Shown here: positions 25,903 through 38,249 of the stretch, piece by piece
How positions within the stretch are numbered: the stretch's first letter is position 1
Layout of the letters: every line of letters begins with the position of its first letter
Assembly: GCA_950097015.1 (NCBI GenBank)
Contig: CATNEN010000038.1
Coordinates: forward strand, 32,426,001-32,490,000
From: Macrostomum hystrix
Lineage: Eukaryota; Animalia; Platyhelminthes
Direction of reading: 5' to 3'
DNA: 64,000 bases
Program-made: the position numbers and the translations under genes
Notes under the pieces: model-generated
What the model saw: only the letters and a program-made list of their open reading frames with translations
The model's database searches: none
Told to the model about the DNA's origin: nothing

Positions 25903-26726
25903 TGTACTTAATTCAATCCAATTCACAATTCGCACTAACAAAATCTCGATAACCGCAACACAAAACACGAACTCTACTCGATAATACGACACGATAAACA
26001 ACACAAATAAATCCTAGACAAACAGATAGTCCCTATGACAAACAAGACAAATAACGCGAAACCTAACCAAAATCCCTAACATAAAACCGAGGCGACCAGC
26101 AAGCACTTCTGCACTATGGCACAACGATAGTTCTATCGTGCCACACCTAATGTCTGTTCGACGGCGTCCCACCGATGATCGTCGGCGATATGGAGAGTGC
26201 TTCCGTGCTTGCCAATCCCTATCTAACACTCCGTCAGCAGTTGGCCAGACGTACCGAGCTCAGCGCAAGCCACTTACTGACGTGGGGTTGAGTGTGGGGG
26301 TTTTCTTTGACTAACTAGTTGGACCGGTTTACCTGTCCCGGTATCTATTTACTAGGATGCGTAACACGAATGAGAACAATATCAAGATCAAGAGCAAGAG
26401 CAAGGTCAAACGCGAGGCCAGAATCACATGAGAACAATATTTCAGCGCAATAGTCAGTTTTATAGTCAAGCGCCCGCCCCAGCCCTCATCAAAGCCTGGG
26501 TGCCGGCCGCGCCGCTTGTTCTTCTGCCAGGTCGACCCTGCCGGTTAACGAACCGGCTGCTGATTGGCCCGGCTCGGGGTGTCGCACTTAAGTCGGTTCA
26601 CTTCAATCGGCTAGCCGTCCTCCCATTGGTTGGGCCCACCAGACCAGGGCTAGTCTGATGCCTTGGCTGTAGAGCAGGGGTGACCGGCCGGTCGCGTGTT
26701 AGGCCTGGCTGGGGTGCGCATGTACA
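25903..26726 (-). mobile_element. Probable solo LTR
   Basis: TGTAC...GTACA termini; CCAAT boxes, a GC box and a TATAAAA box on minus, followed by strongly T/G-skewed sequence; no TSD found. Confidence 0.4.
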
Positions 26727-27801
26727 AACAACTAACCTATAAGATACATTAAAATAATTCATAATATTGACGTGCACGAATAAGTTACTACAAGTAGAAA
26801 TATACGCATTATAAAAACATGCCGACTGTACATGTGTAAGTGGCTATAATGAATAATGCTTCAATTTTTCGACAGTGATCTCGCGTGGTTTTTCGAAAGT
26901 TCCAAAAGCTGCAGTGCCGCATGCAAACTTTCAAAAGAAAAAAGAGCAATGTGCTGCTTGACAGTAAACGTTAATTTTCGTTAAAAAGTTTCGCATTTTT
27001 TTTCAACCGCGACATATCGCTGTTTTGGCTTCTTACATTTCTAGCATGCACGATCAGACCAAGGACTACAAAAGTAGCTTACTGACTATAAACAAAAAGT
27101 CGAGACACCAAAGGAAAGTTAACGTGAAGTTGAGCTTAAAAGTTATGTACATTTCCGCATGGGGTTCTAAAGGTAGTTTCCAGCCATGCATTTCAATAAG
27201 CTTCTGCCTTCTACTGGGTGAAATCAAGGTTTTAAATCTCCGCTGTTTTTTCACCTTAATACCGAGAAAGTAAATTTCTAAGAAGTTTTCCGTTTTTTTC
27301 GAAACAGACAAGCAAAAAAATTATTTTCAAAAAATCGGCTTATGATTGTATCTATATCGTTGTTTGTAATGAAAAATAGCAAGAAGTTGATTATATCTTT
27401 TTCAGTTTTCTTAGACAATGTAACAAATGACACTGCATTTCACAGCACTTACGCTTATTGTTATACGAGTATGTTACTCAGTATTGTTTTGTCCATCCTT
27501 AGTCTTTAACAAGTGCATGCGCTTTCTCAGCTGTTTTGACAGCAGCCACGCCTTATATTTACGGCTGAATTGATCGAGTCAAACAAAACGACGGTCACAA
27601 AAGAACGCCAGTCTTTTGGCATGCAAACAATAAGACTTTCTTTCCAGTAGCTTCGATGTAAATTATGTATAAATATAAGAAAGCTAAAGCGCCCTTCACA
27701 ATAAATACGTTTTATACAAAGCTCCAATACGCGAGCATCGTGCCGAACCGTTTTTATCCAGCAACAATTCGCGTCCGGATACTACACAGGAAAAACTTTC
27801 G

Positions 27802-28431
27802 ATCAGCCTCCTCACATTCTATGGAGATGCGATTGGTAAGTTACTAAAATATCTTTGATCGAATAAAACAAATTGGATTTCTCCCTACCTGTTACCACAA
27901 AATAGATGATCGACAAAATATTTAACTCTGAACGCGCCCAGGTTACAGAAACCTTCTGCGTAGGATTTCGAATAACATAGTGTCCGAACTGCAAGTTTCC
28001 ATTTCCTACAATGGAATTGTTGAAGCCTACTGGATAAGAACACTGAAGTACGTAATCGGACTGTCCAAAGCCGTCGGTTTCCCTCTGGGCCTGCTGCCCC
28101 AAATCCTAACCGTCGTCTTCGTGGTTCGCGGCAACACGGGTTTCTCAACATCGGCCAGAAAGTGGTTCCTAGTTGTTGTTAGTGACGACAATTGCGGGCC
28201 CTTTGTTCCGCACTTACGAGATGCTCACGGATGATTTCTTTTACTCGAATCAGTTCTTGACGAATATACCTGGAAAGGATTTTATGTTCTTGATGTGGGT
28301 TTTGAGGAGGCCAAATGATGTTTGCATCCAGAATATGATGTGCCACGTGTTCCTTCCTCATCATCCTGTACTTCCCGCTGTACCTGTCTCCGATTGGCCT
28401 GACCGTCACCTCGATGATTCGCTGCTACTGC
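27802..28431 (+). pseudogene. 7TM receptor pseudogene, truncated after TM3
   Basis: 34-nt exon-1 homologue 27802-27835 with ATG>ATC (xSLLTFYGDAIG|gtaag); intron to 27941; exon 2 GYRNLLRR...YWIRTLKY..GFPLGLL..RGNTGFS..ARKWF with frameshifts; ends at SMIRCYC. Confidence 0.88.
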
Positions 28432-28680
28432 ATAATGTCCTAGACTGAAGTGTTTTGCAGTCTTAAATTCGAGTTTTTTGCTTGCTCTCTATTCTCTTGT
28501 CGCTCCTGCTTGACTCGTCCTCTGGTTAAATGTTTAGGCACAATGATTTTAACGCTAAAATGTCATTTCCCATCAAAGGTGCACCAATATAATCCTCAGT
28601 TTCACAGTGACCAATGGTGAATCGCTCAGTCTACTAGTGGAAAGCAGTAAAGATAGTAAGTAACGTGTCAGTTACCAAAT

Positions 28681-28706
28681 CACTTCCTGTCTGGTGTGTA
28701 TAAAAG
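28681..28706 (+). promoter_or_regulatory. Peptide-gene core promoter: ETS consensus CACTTCCTGT + TATAAAAG (present in all five copies)
   Basis: CACTTCCTGT 28681-28690 (reverse ACAGGAAGTG); TATA 28699-28706, ~100 nt upstream of ATG 28808. Confidence 0.65.
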
Positions 28707-28807
28707 CAAGACAATCGCAAGACTCTCAAGGCAAGTCTTCTCAGCAGCGAATTTCTCCAAGCAATCTTCTCAGCAACCAACCAGTTCGTGAATTCTACTG
28801 CGCAACT

Positions 28808-28999
28808 ATGAAGCTACTGTTGATCGCTGCTCTGCTGTTCTGTTTGGCCACCTCCATCACGGTCGAGGGTTGCACATGCCAGCCAGATCCTGCTCAGTTC
28901 CTGCCTCTTAGATGCCAGACAACTCCGGGTAACTACTGTATGGACTGGTGGTTGGACAAGTGCAATACTCTGTCTGAGAACGAGCCATGCCGCGATTAG
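28808..28999 (+). CDS. Secreted 6-Cys peptide precursor, copy 1 (63 aa)
   Basis: MKLLLIAALLFCLATSITVEG signal peptide + CTCQPDPAQFLPLRCQTTPGNYCMDWWLDKCNTLSENEPCRD; upstream TATA; AATAAA at 29094-29099. Confidence 0.85.
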   Translation: MKLLLIAALLFCLATSITVEGCTCQPDPAQFLPLRCQTTPGNYCMDWWLDKCNTLSENEPCRD

Positions 29000-29814
29000 G
29001 ATTCACAAGTTTCGCTATGAAGCTCAAATGGCTGCGTAACAGCATAAGGATTTAATGTTGATACATCAGCTTCTTTGGTGCCTTCTCCACAATAATAAAC
29101 GTTTTTGTGCAACATAATTAAGCTACTAAATACTTTCTGACTTTTAGACTCGTTAAATTCCGAGTCATACGCATTGTGCGCAATCAGGCAAAAAACTGAC
29201 ACGTTGAATTAGACATTTATTGGCTATAATTGAACCGCCAATTTATCGTCTAGATTAAAGAACTTTGAAAACTTCTTCAATGAAAATCAACTAAATGTTT
29301 AAAATCAAGTTTTGAAACTGACAGGGCCGCTTTTATATTTAGATTTGGCTCCTAACATGCCCAGCACGCCGAGGATCAGTCGGGAGAAAAGGAAGCAGAC
29401 TTTAAAGTCTCAACCTTGGGTGGCCAAGGCTTCGGCCGCGACTAGGCCACAAGTTCAGTTTTATTTTGACTGATCGATAAATGGGGTGGGTGCACGATGC
29501 TGAAATTATGTTAAAATAGCAAATGAACTACGAGCGTATTTGAATAAAAATGAAGAAACACGGTACTGTCACCTGACAGTCAGGTATGTGTTTCCCTTTG
29601 AGAAATTTCTTTGTCCTAAAGAGCGACAGCAGTCTTAAAGAATCGAAAAGGTATTTACAGTAAAAGTGATATACTACTTTCATACTTATTCCTTATTCAG
29701 CGGACAGTGCTTATCTTCGCCACGAGAAATTCTTTTCTATTCGAATTCCCATCGGTCAGCAGATCCTCGTAACACTCCATTCCGATCGATTTCTTATACC
29801 TTCCAGGCTAAAAA

Positions 29815-30760
29815 ACGCGGCACCATCATAACAGTAGTGCTAGCTGCCTGTCAATGGCTTTCTGCGGCAACGCTTTTGTAGCCCTAACGGTCGGATCACG
29901 CGACTGGACTGGATTCTCTGCCCCTCTGTTATCAGGTCCAGAGTTCGCACGGTGCTCAACATACGCCCTAGATGCGTTCTCTGCGAACACAGTCTGGTGA
30001 CATGCGATCTTGAGATAGGCTGTTCAAAACTGAAATTTATCCCGCCATAATCCATCTTGACTGACATGATAAACCCGGAAATGCGTCGAACGTTTTTCCA
30101 AGGCGGAGGGTCGACCAACCCACAACATATGTTGTACTTCGTTGTGGTACCGTAACCCAGCTATAGATCAAGCGAGACTATATGTGCAGGACGTTACCGC
30201 CATTCACGGCAACGAAATCGATCAGGCCAATTTTCGCTCGCGTCTTGCTGCAGCTACTCTTCTTCTTCTTCTTCTGCGTCCACCGTCCTCAAAGTTGCTA
30301 CAGGCAGCGAGGGGGAGGAGCACTCAGAGGCGCCCCTGTCTGCGCAATGCGCAGGCTCGATGCTTGGGGAGACCGTTAGCCTAACCGCTGCCTAACATGA
30401 AGCTACTCTGCTGCTGCAGCTGCTGCCACTCACCTACTCTGAGCGGACCGAATCTTCATCGACGAAGCAGTAAGCGAAATTCAGCTTGCGACCGACAACT
30501 GCCGCTAGAACACTGCCTTGCTAGCTATCAACCGCCTCACTAGCAGAAAGCCCAGGTCCTTCGTTTGGTCGATCACAGCCAGAATTTGCTCAACGCTCCT
30601 GCTCCATCAGAACTGCTGCTTTTAATCCCGACTTTGTCCAATCTGACCCTGTCCTTTACAATACCGGTCCAATCAACATGGATGAGGTCAGCCGAGCCCT
30701 GGAAGACCATGAGTGCTGATTCCGCTGCCAGGATAGATTCAATACTCCAAGTTATTATTG
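29815..30760 (+). mobile_element. Degenerate RTE-like LINE fragment (endonuclease end to pre-RT); duplicated at 35783-36728
   Basis: NGFLRQR...PNGRITRLDWILCP...RSRVRTV, EIQLATDNCR...AINRLTSRKPR, YNTGPINMDEVSRAL. Confidence 0.7.
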
Positions 30761-31021
30761 TCAAGACAAAAATAGGTAGTTCAATTATAGCCAAAAATGT
30801 CTCAATCAACGTGTCAGTTTTTTGCCTGATTGCGCACAATGCGTATGACTCGGAATTTAACGAGTCTAAAAGTCTAAAAGTCAGAAAGTATTTAGTAGCT
30901 TAATTATGTTGCACAAAAACGTTTATTATTGTGGAGAAGGCACCAAAGAAGCTGATGTATCAACATTAAATCCTTATGCTGTTACGCAGCCATTTGAGCT
31001 TCATAGCGAAACTTGTGAATC

Positions 31022-31213
31022 CTAATCGCGGCATGGCTCGTTCTCAGACAGAGTATTGCACTTGTCCAACCACCAGTCCATACAGTAGTTACCCGGAGTT
31101 GTCTGGCATCTAAGAGGCAGGAACTGAGCAGGATCTGGCTGGCATGTGCAACCCTCGACCGTGATGGAGGTGGCCAAACAGAACAGCAGAGCAGCGATCA
31201 ACAGTAGCTTCAT
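31022..31213 (-). CDS. Secreted 6-Cys peptide precursor, copy 2
   Basis: Same protein as copy 1, reverse strand; retains ETS+TATA. Confidence 0.85.
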   Translation of the reverse strand: MKLLLIAALLFCLATSITVEGCTCQPDPAQFLPLRCQTTPGNYCMDWWLDKCNTLSENEPCRD

Positions 31214-31564
31214 AGTTGCGCAGTAGAATTCACGAACTGGTTGGTTGCTGAGAAGATTGCTTGGAGAAATTCGCTGCTGAGAAGACTTGCCTTGAGAGTC
31301 TTGCGATTGTCTTGCTTTTATACACACCAGACAGGAAGTGATTTGGTAACTGACACGTTACTTACTTGCTATAAATAAGTAAGTTTTGAAACAGACAGGG
31401 CCGCTTTTATATTTAGATTTGGCTCCTAACATGCCCACGCCGAGGATCAGTCGGGAGAAGAAGAAGCAGTCAGCAGATCCTCATAATACTCCGTTCCGAT
31501 CGATTTATTATCTTCCACGCTAAAAAACACGGCAACATAATAACCATAGTGCTGCCTGTCGTTT

Positions 31565-31710
31565 GCTTAAAGTCAGCTACCATCATAATCATAGTGCTGT
31601 TCCAATCTAAGCTGAGACAGAGTTCTCATGTCATCGAATGCTGCCCCGAGAAACTGGAAGTTCGAGCCACCGCCAGGTTGCTGGCCATGAACGTCACGCT
31701 GCTCATCTGT
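31565..31710 (+). pseudogene. 7TM receptor TM5-ICL3-TM6 fragment (inverted copy at ~47505-47650)
   Basis: SATIIIIVLFQS...PEKLEVRATARLLAMNVTLLIC, closest to paralogues 3/4 (50021-50157); reverse TM6 scraps at ~29355-29400 and ~31430-31470. Confidence 0.85.
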
Positions 31711-31967
31711 GTGCGACCCTGCGATAGAACTAGCGAGGCCACATGTACAGAGCTTAGATACAGACCTTTTGGTTGGCCAGCTTCTCTGCTGCTGCAGCTG
31801 CTGCCACTCACCTACTCTGAGCGGACTGAATCTTCATCGAAGAAGCAGTAAGCGAAATTCAGCTAGCGACCGACAACTGCCGCTAGAACACTGCCTTGCT
31901 AGCTATCAACCGCCTCACTAGCAGAAGGCAGGCCCAGCGCAGTCGTCGGCGTAAAATTGAGCACAGA

Positions 31968-32466
31968 CTTTGACTTAGCTTGACTTAGCTGCAGGGTGGT
32001 CCATGGACGCAGCGGGGAGGCGAGGGTCGCCCATACCGCTAACCCCTGTAGGCCCGCAGACAGGCAAGGGCGCGGGGCCGGTCAGGGTGGTCTGCCGGTC
32101 CGTCCTGCAGCGTTGTCTTCCGTGGGGAAGAAAGTGGCTCGTCTTGTTGCACGAAGGAACTGGACGAGCCGTGGAATGCTGTCGGGCTGGCAGATCTCGT
32201 CCATGGACGGGTTGGGCCCGAGGTAGCGAAGCCGGTCTCTGTTAAAGAAAGGGCAGTGACACACAAAGTGCTCAGCATCTTCGGTGTCATACTCACAGAA
32301 TGGGCAGAGTTCACTCTTAAGGTCACCCCGGAGGAAACAGTGCCTAGCGAGGTAGCCGTGGCCCGTGTGGGTCATGGCGAGGGCGCGGATATCCTTCCGG
32401 TTTTGGTTCAAAAGGATGCTCCTGAGCCTGCGAGACGGGCGCGGAACTGCGGCACGGGATTGCCAC
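31968..32466 (-). mobile_element. 5'-truncated LOA-like LINE insertion with 13-bp TSD AATTGAGCACAGA
   Basis: TSD at 31955-31967 and 32467-32479; tail CTGCAGCTAAGTCAAGCTAAGTCAAAG; encodes HTGHGYLARH...CPFC...EDAEHFVCHCP; empty site at ~47248-47262. Confidence 0.93.
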
Positions 32467-34775
32467 AATTGAGCACAGAAGGCCCTGCTGGTCGATTTGC
32501 TCCTGCTCCGAAAGGAGTTTAAAAATTGTTGAAAAATCATCCGAGACTGCAGACGTAGCCATTTTAAATCTGGGTGAAGTGAAACAATAGGGAATTGCGC
32601 AAGCCCAGGCTAAAATTCGTTTCGTTTGGCAGACATGAGGCATTTGTTTTTCTGTGAAAGGTTTTTATAGCTTTTTTTTCAAAAATTGCTTAATTTTCAA
32701 AACAGATTCCCTTCGGCTAACCTGTGGCTTTGCGTTGTTTTCTACAAACGTTTTAACATAGAATTGCTTTTTCTACCAATCGACATGCTGTACCACTATT
32801 GCGCTAGATAAGTATTCTAGTAGCTCTAGAGTGGATACGTTAGTAGAGATACGGGCGATTCATTAGTGTAATGTTAAACACTTCTGAGGTCTGACAAAAA
32901 CTAACAAAATAAATCTGGTACACTTTCGGCTCACAATCTATAGAGATTGATTTCCGATAGAGAAGCTAATGTGACATTGACTTCCGCATGTTGCTTTGGC
33001 TTGCCCATTCAACAGGAAGTGACTATTGAATCATTGTGAAATAATTCTTTTTCTGAATATATACATAGGCTTTTTGCTTTTCTATAATTTGTAGCAGCTT
33101 TTATTGAAAAATCTACGAGTAAATACAATGTACAACCATGTAGGCATTGGCAATGAAAACATCTTCATGCCAGTCTCTAAGGCCTGGTATGTACTCGTAG
33201 TTATCATTATTTACATTGTAAATTACATAAAACGGTAATAATGCATTAATTCCATTTAGTTTAAACTCAAAGGCGTTATAAGAGATTTATTTAAAATCAG
33301 TTCCATAGAACAATCTCCGATTACATCACATGCAAAACAAGGACACTCCAACTGTCTGAAATCGCTCAAAATGGATGAAATCTAACAAAAAAATAATATA
33401 ATCATATTCTTAATACATTTTTCAACTTGATTTGCAACTTCACGACTGGCTTCTGCAAATGGAGAAACTTTCGTCCTTCCATTTAAAATTTATTAAAACG
33501 GTCTAACAGATTTTGGCTTAACACAATTCCTGCGTGTCTTTGACGAAAAAGACAATTGTCAAGATGCAGACATGTTTGCATATGCTGGATGCCGCAAGAT
33601 ATACCCCATTAGCTTTGTTTCGAGCAAAACAGACTTTTGTTTGACTTTGAACGAGCAGCTGTCGATAGAGAAGAAGGACAGATCATTTTAAAATGCATTG
33701 GCTATTAAAGTTTATATGATTATCTCGAAGTCATTTCAGGTGTAAACGATTGTAAATGAATTAACTGTATGGAGCCAACAGACGAACTGAAAGTTGTTCC
33801 ACAGATATTTCTCGAAACTATGCAAAAAGGACTAAATTTATAATCGTACACTGGGTATAAATAATCTCTATAGAAGAAAGCGAAGTACGGGATTAAGTTG
33901 TATTGTCTGACGGAGTCTGCGACAGCGTAGCCTCTGGAGTTTTCTAATGTACGAGCTATTTTGTTGTGGCTGCGCTCAGTCTGCATGCGCACGGATTAAA
34001 GCCATAAAGAAACATGAAATGGAGCCCTATAACTTTAATTAATTAATTTATTTAAATGGATATATATATATTTAAATAAAAGAATAGTTTTCTTATAAAT
34101 AAAAGAATCTATAAAGGAGCGCCCACATACGTTGTGACTGTTAAATTATTTGCGATTTTTTGTACATTGTCCGATGAAAAACTGAATGCGATTGAATGAC
34201 CCTTGGCTTTTTGCAGGACGGGACTTCATCTCTCGATTAAAAGAAGGGATAGGTGCAAAATAACTTGAGATGTCTAGCGGCCTTAATTGCTAACTGTAAA
34301 AAGGAAACATAGCCGGGGGAGACCCTCATTGCAGCCTCGCACTTTTAGTACGAGTGCGAGTGAGTATGATCTTTCTATATTTAGCACTAAATTTTGTCAT
34401 AATGTCCTAGACTGAAGTGTTTTGCAGTCTTAAATTCGAGTTTATTGCTTGCTATTTATTCTCTTGTAGCCTCCTACTTGACTCGTCCTCTGGTTAAATG
34501 TTTAGGCACAATGATTTTAACGCTAAAATGTCATTTCCCATCAAAGGTGCACCAATATAACCCTCAGTTTCACAGTGACCAATGGTGAATCGCTCAGTCT
34601 ACTAGTGGAAAGCAGTAAAGATAGTAAGTAACGTGTCAATTACCAAATCACTTCCTGTCTGGTGTGTATAAAAGCAAGACAATCGCAAGACTCTCAAGGC
34701 AAGTCTTCTCAGCAGCGAATTTCTCCAAGCAATCTTCTCAGCAACCAACCAGTTCGTGAATTCTACTGCGCAACT

Positions 34776-34967
34776 ATGAAGCTACTGTTGATCGCTGCTC
34801 TGCTGTTCTGTTTGGCCACCTCCATCACGGTCGAGGGTTGCACATGCCAGCCAGATCCTGCTCAGTTCCTGCCTCTTAGATGCCAGACAACTCCGGGTAA
34901 CTACTGTATGGACTGGTGGTTGGACAAGTGCAATACTCTGTCTGAGAACGAGCCATGCCGCGATTAG
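34776..34967 (+). CDS. Secreted 6-Cys peptide precursor, copy 3
   Basis: Same protein as copy 1; long upstream region retained. Confidence 0.85.
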   Translation: MKLLLIAALLFCLATSITVEGCTCQPDPAQFLPLRCQTTPGNYCMDWWLDKCNTLSENEPCRD

Positions 34968-37900
34968 GATTCACAAGTTTCGCTATGAAGCTCAAATGGC
35001 TGCGTAACAGCATAAGGATTTAATGTTGATACATCAGCTTCTTTGGTGCCTTCTCCACAATAATAAACGTTTTTGTGCAACATAATTAAGCTACTAAATA
35101 CTTTCTGACTTTTAGACTCGTTAAATTCCGAGTCATACGCATTGTGCGCAATCAGGCAAAAAACTGACACGTTGAATTAGACATTTATTGGCTATAATTG
35201 AATTGCCTATTTATCGTCTAGATTAAAGAACTTTGAAAACTTCTTCAATGTAAATCAACTAAATGTTTAAAATCAAGTTTTGAAACTGACAGGGCCGCTT
35301 TTATATTTAGATTTGGCTCCTAACATGCCCAGCACGCCGAGGATCAGTCGGGAGAAAAGGAAGCAGACTTTAAAGTCTCAACCTTGGGTGGCCAAGGCTT
35401 CGGCCGCGACTAGGCCACAAGTTCAGTTTTATTTTGACTGATCGATAAATGGGGTGGGTGCACGATGCTGAAATTATGTTAAAATAGCAAATGAACTACG
35501 AGCGTATTTGAATAAAAATGAAGAAACACGGTACTGTCACCTGACAGTCAGGTATGTGTTTCCCTTTGAGAAATTTCTTTGTCCTAAAGAGCGACAGCAG
35601 TCTTAAAGAATCGAAAAGGTATTTACAGTAAAAGTGATATACTACTTTCATACTTATTCCTTATTCAGCGGACAGTGCTTATCTTCGCCACGAGAAATTC
35701 TTTTCTATTCGAATTCCCATCGGTCAGCAGATCCTCGTAACACTCCATTCCGATCGATTTCTTATACCTTCCAGGCTAAAAAACGCGGCACCATCATAAC
35801 AGTAGTGCTAGCTGCCTGTCAATGGCTTTCTGCGGCAACGCTTTTGTAGCCCTAACGGTCGGATCACGCGACTGGACTGGATTCTCTGCCCCTCTGTTAT
35901 CAGGTCCAGAGTTCGCACGGTGCTCAACATACGCCCTAGATGCGTTCTCTGCGAACACAGTCTGGTGACATGCGATCTTGAGATAGGCTGTTCAAAACTG
36001 AAATTTATCCCGCCATAATCCATCTTGACTGACATGATAAACCCGGAAATGCGTCGAACGTTTTTCCAAGGCGGAGGGTCGACCAACCCACAACATATGT
36101 TGTACTTCGTTGTGGTACCGTAACCCAGCTATAGATCAAGCGAGACTATATGTGCAGGACGTTACCGCCATTCACGGCAACGAAATCGATCAGGCCAATT
36201 TTCGCTCGCGTCTTGCTGCAGCTACTCTTCTTCTTCTTCTTCTGCGTCCACCGTCCTCAAAGTTGCTACAGGCAGCGAGGGGGAGGAGCACTCAGAGGCG
36301 CCCCTGTCTGCGCAATGCGCAGGCTCGATGCTTGGGGAGACCGTTAGCCTAACCGCTGCCTAACATGAAGCTACTCTGCTGCTGCAGCTGCTGCCACTCA
36401 CCTACTCTGAGCGGACTGAATCTTCATCGAAGAAGCAGTAAGCGAAATTCAGCTTGCGACCGACAACTGCCGCTAGAACACTGCCTTGCTAGCTATCAAC
36501 CGCCTCACTAGCAGAAAGCCCAGGTCCTTCGTTTGGTCGATCACAGCCAGAATTTGCTCAACGCTCCTGCTCCATCAGAACTGCTGCTTTTAATCCCGAC
36601 TTTGTCCAATCTGACCCTGTCCTTTACAATACCGGTCCAATCAACATGGATGAGGTCAGCCGAGCCCTGGAAGACCATGAGTGCTGATTCCGCTGCCAGG
36701 ATAGATTCAATACTCCAAGTTATTATTGTCAAGACAAAAATAGACAGTTCGATTATAGCCAATAAATGTCTAAATGAACGTGTCAGTTTTTGGCCTGATT
36801 GCACACAATGTGAGTAGGAGTTAGCAGAATCCTGCCGACAGGGCGGAGATAGGTGGGGTAATGCTTTGAGATAGGAGGAGAGGCCGGCCTATCTTTTTGC
36901 AGTGGGGAGGGGCAACAAAATATTAATTTTTTATTGAGTGTAGCGCACCCTATTAGAATTTATTAGCCATTGCCAGGTGTAGAAGTTAAGCGGAGATCCA
37001 ACGGTGTCGGTGCCAACGCAATCCCTTTGACAACCAGCCGTGTCTTTGTCTTTCAACTGCCCCATGTCAGTGACAGAGGATACACAGTGACTTTTGAGAG
37101 CGTTATTATTATTCCTATCTGATGTACAGTTTTCTTAGTATAATAATCTGAAAAGCCTTGTAATATATTAGCAGACAGATTAGCGCAGCAATTAAGAAAA
37201 ACTCGGGTTTTCTGCAAAGGGGGTGGGTATGCACATTGTACTAGCTAATCAGAGTGTTCATTCTAGGCTATAAAAGCTAGAGCTATAGTTATTTTAATAC
37301 GTTTATATTAGTCAGTTAGTTTTTTATGTTTCTACTTCTGACAAAGTCACACTATACTTCAATGATCATTACATTTTCCATCTTTTTGTGCAGTGCGTCA
37401 CTTGGTAATTGGTAAAATAAAAATAATGCTAAATACATGTTTTTCGCTATCTGCCAGCGTATTTTTTATGTCATAATTCAATAGTTCAATCGTATCAATA
37501 AATTATACAACGAGTATTTGTAGTAAAGAGCAACTGACTAGAATTTCTAGGGTTTCATCGACTTTTTCTCGCTCCTCATAGGTTACGAATCCTTATGTTA
37601 TTTTGAATTTTCTGTCAACTTTAAACCAAGCTTTACACGACGACGCTTAAGTTATATACGTTACCGCAATGAAGTTTAACATTTTAAAGCCAGCTTGTCG
37701 AAAAATGTGTTGAAAATCATTTTGCCTATTGGCATTCATCATGAGAGGTTTTTTAAAAAATTAAGGGTTAATAGAAAACAATTCCCTCCTGTTGTGTGAG
37801 AACGGGGAAATGAATTATCGATCGTAACACCAATCTCAACAGTCTGCATTTTTTGTGTTTAAAATTAGCTTAATGAGAGAGCATAAAAACTCGAGATTCA

Positions 37901-38249
37901 TACGCCTGGAATTATAATTTCAGCTCTGTTGAAATGAAAGATCATTCTTGGCTTGACACTGAACATTCATGGGCAGAAGCAGTTGAGCACTCATTGCGCG
38001 AAGACAGCAACTCCTGGCTGGAGCCAGAGCATTCCTGCACTGAAAAGACCCATCCCGATGCGGCCAGTGCAAGTTGTGTGCGAGCTGACCACATTTGCGG
38101 TAAGTATTCTGATCAACTACAGCAGCCCATGCATTATGGAGTCAACAATGCAACTCCAGATAAGTTGAAAAATGACACGAGTAGCTTATCATTTGATAAG
38201 ATTTTGTTACAAATGAAATTATATTTCCGATTATATTTCCAGATCGCCT

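Larger units (their letters stand above)
28431..30841 (+). repeat. Segmental duplication unit A (direct copy at 34399-36810, offset 5968)
   Basis: Near-identical sequence and ORF sets at a constant offset of 5968 nt. Confidence 0.92.
30620..35125 (+). repeat. Left arm of a large inverted duplication (right arm about 44591-48580)
   Basis: Reverse complement matches 44591-48580 apart from the LINE insertion at 31968-32466 and scattered SNPs. Confidence 0.9.

Noticed and set aside
28694-28807. 101-aa N-terminally extended peptide ORF from the ORF track
   Set aside because: Starts at a GTG overlapping the TATA box; the signal peptide starts at ATG 28808.
30397-30543. Second Cys-rich peptide ORF MKLLCCCSCCHS... 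(related sequence at 36365, ~31783, ~47294)
   Set aside because: Another frame reads FIDEAVSEIQLATDNCR..AINRLTSRKPR, collinear with the surrounding RTE remnant; the MKLL start appears coincidental.
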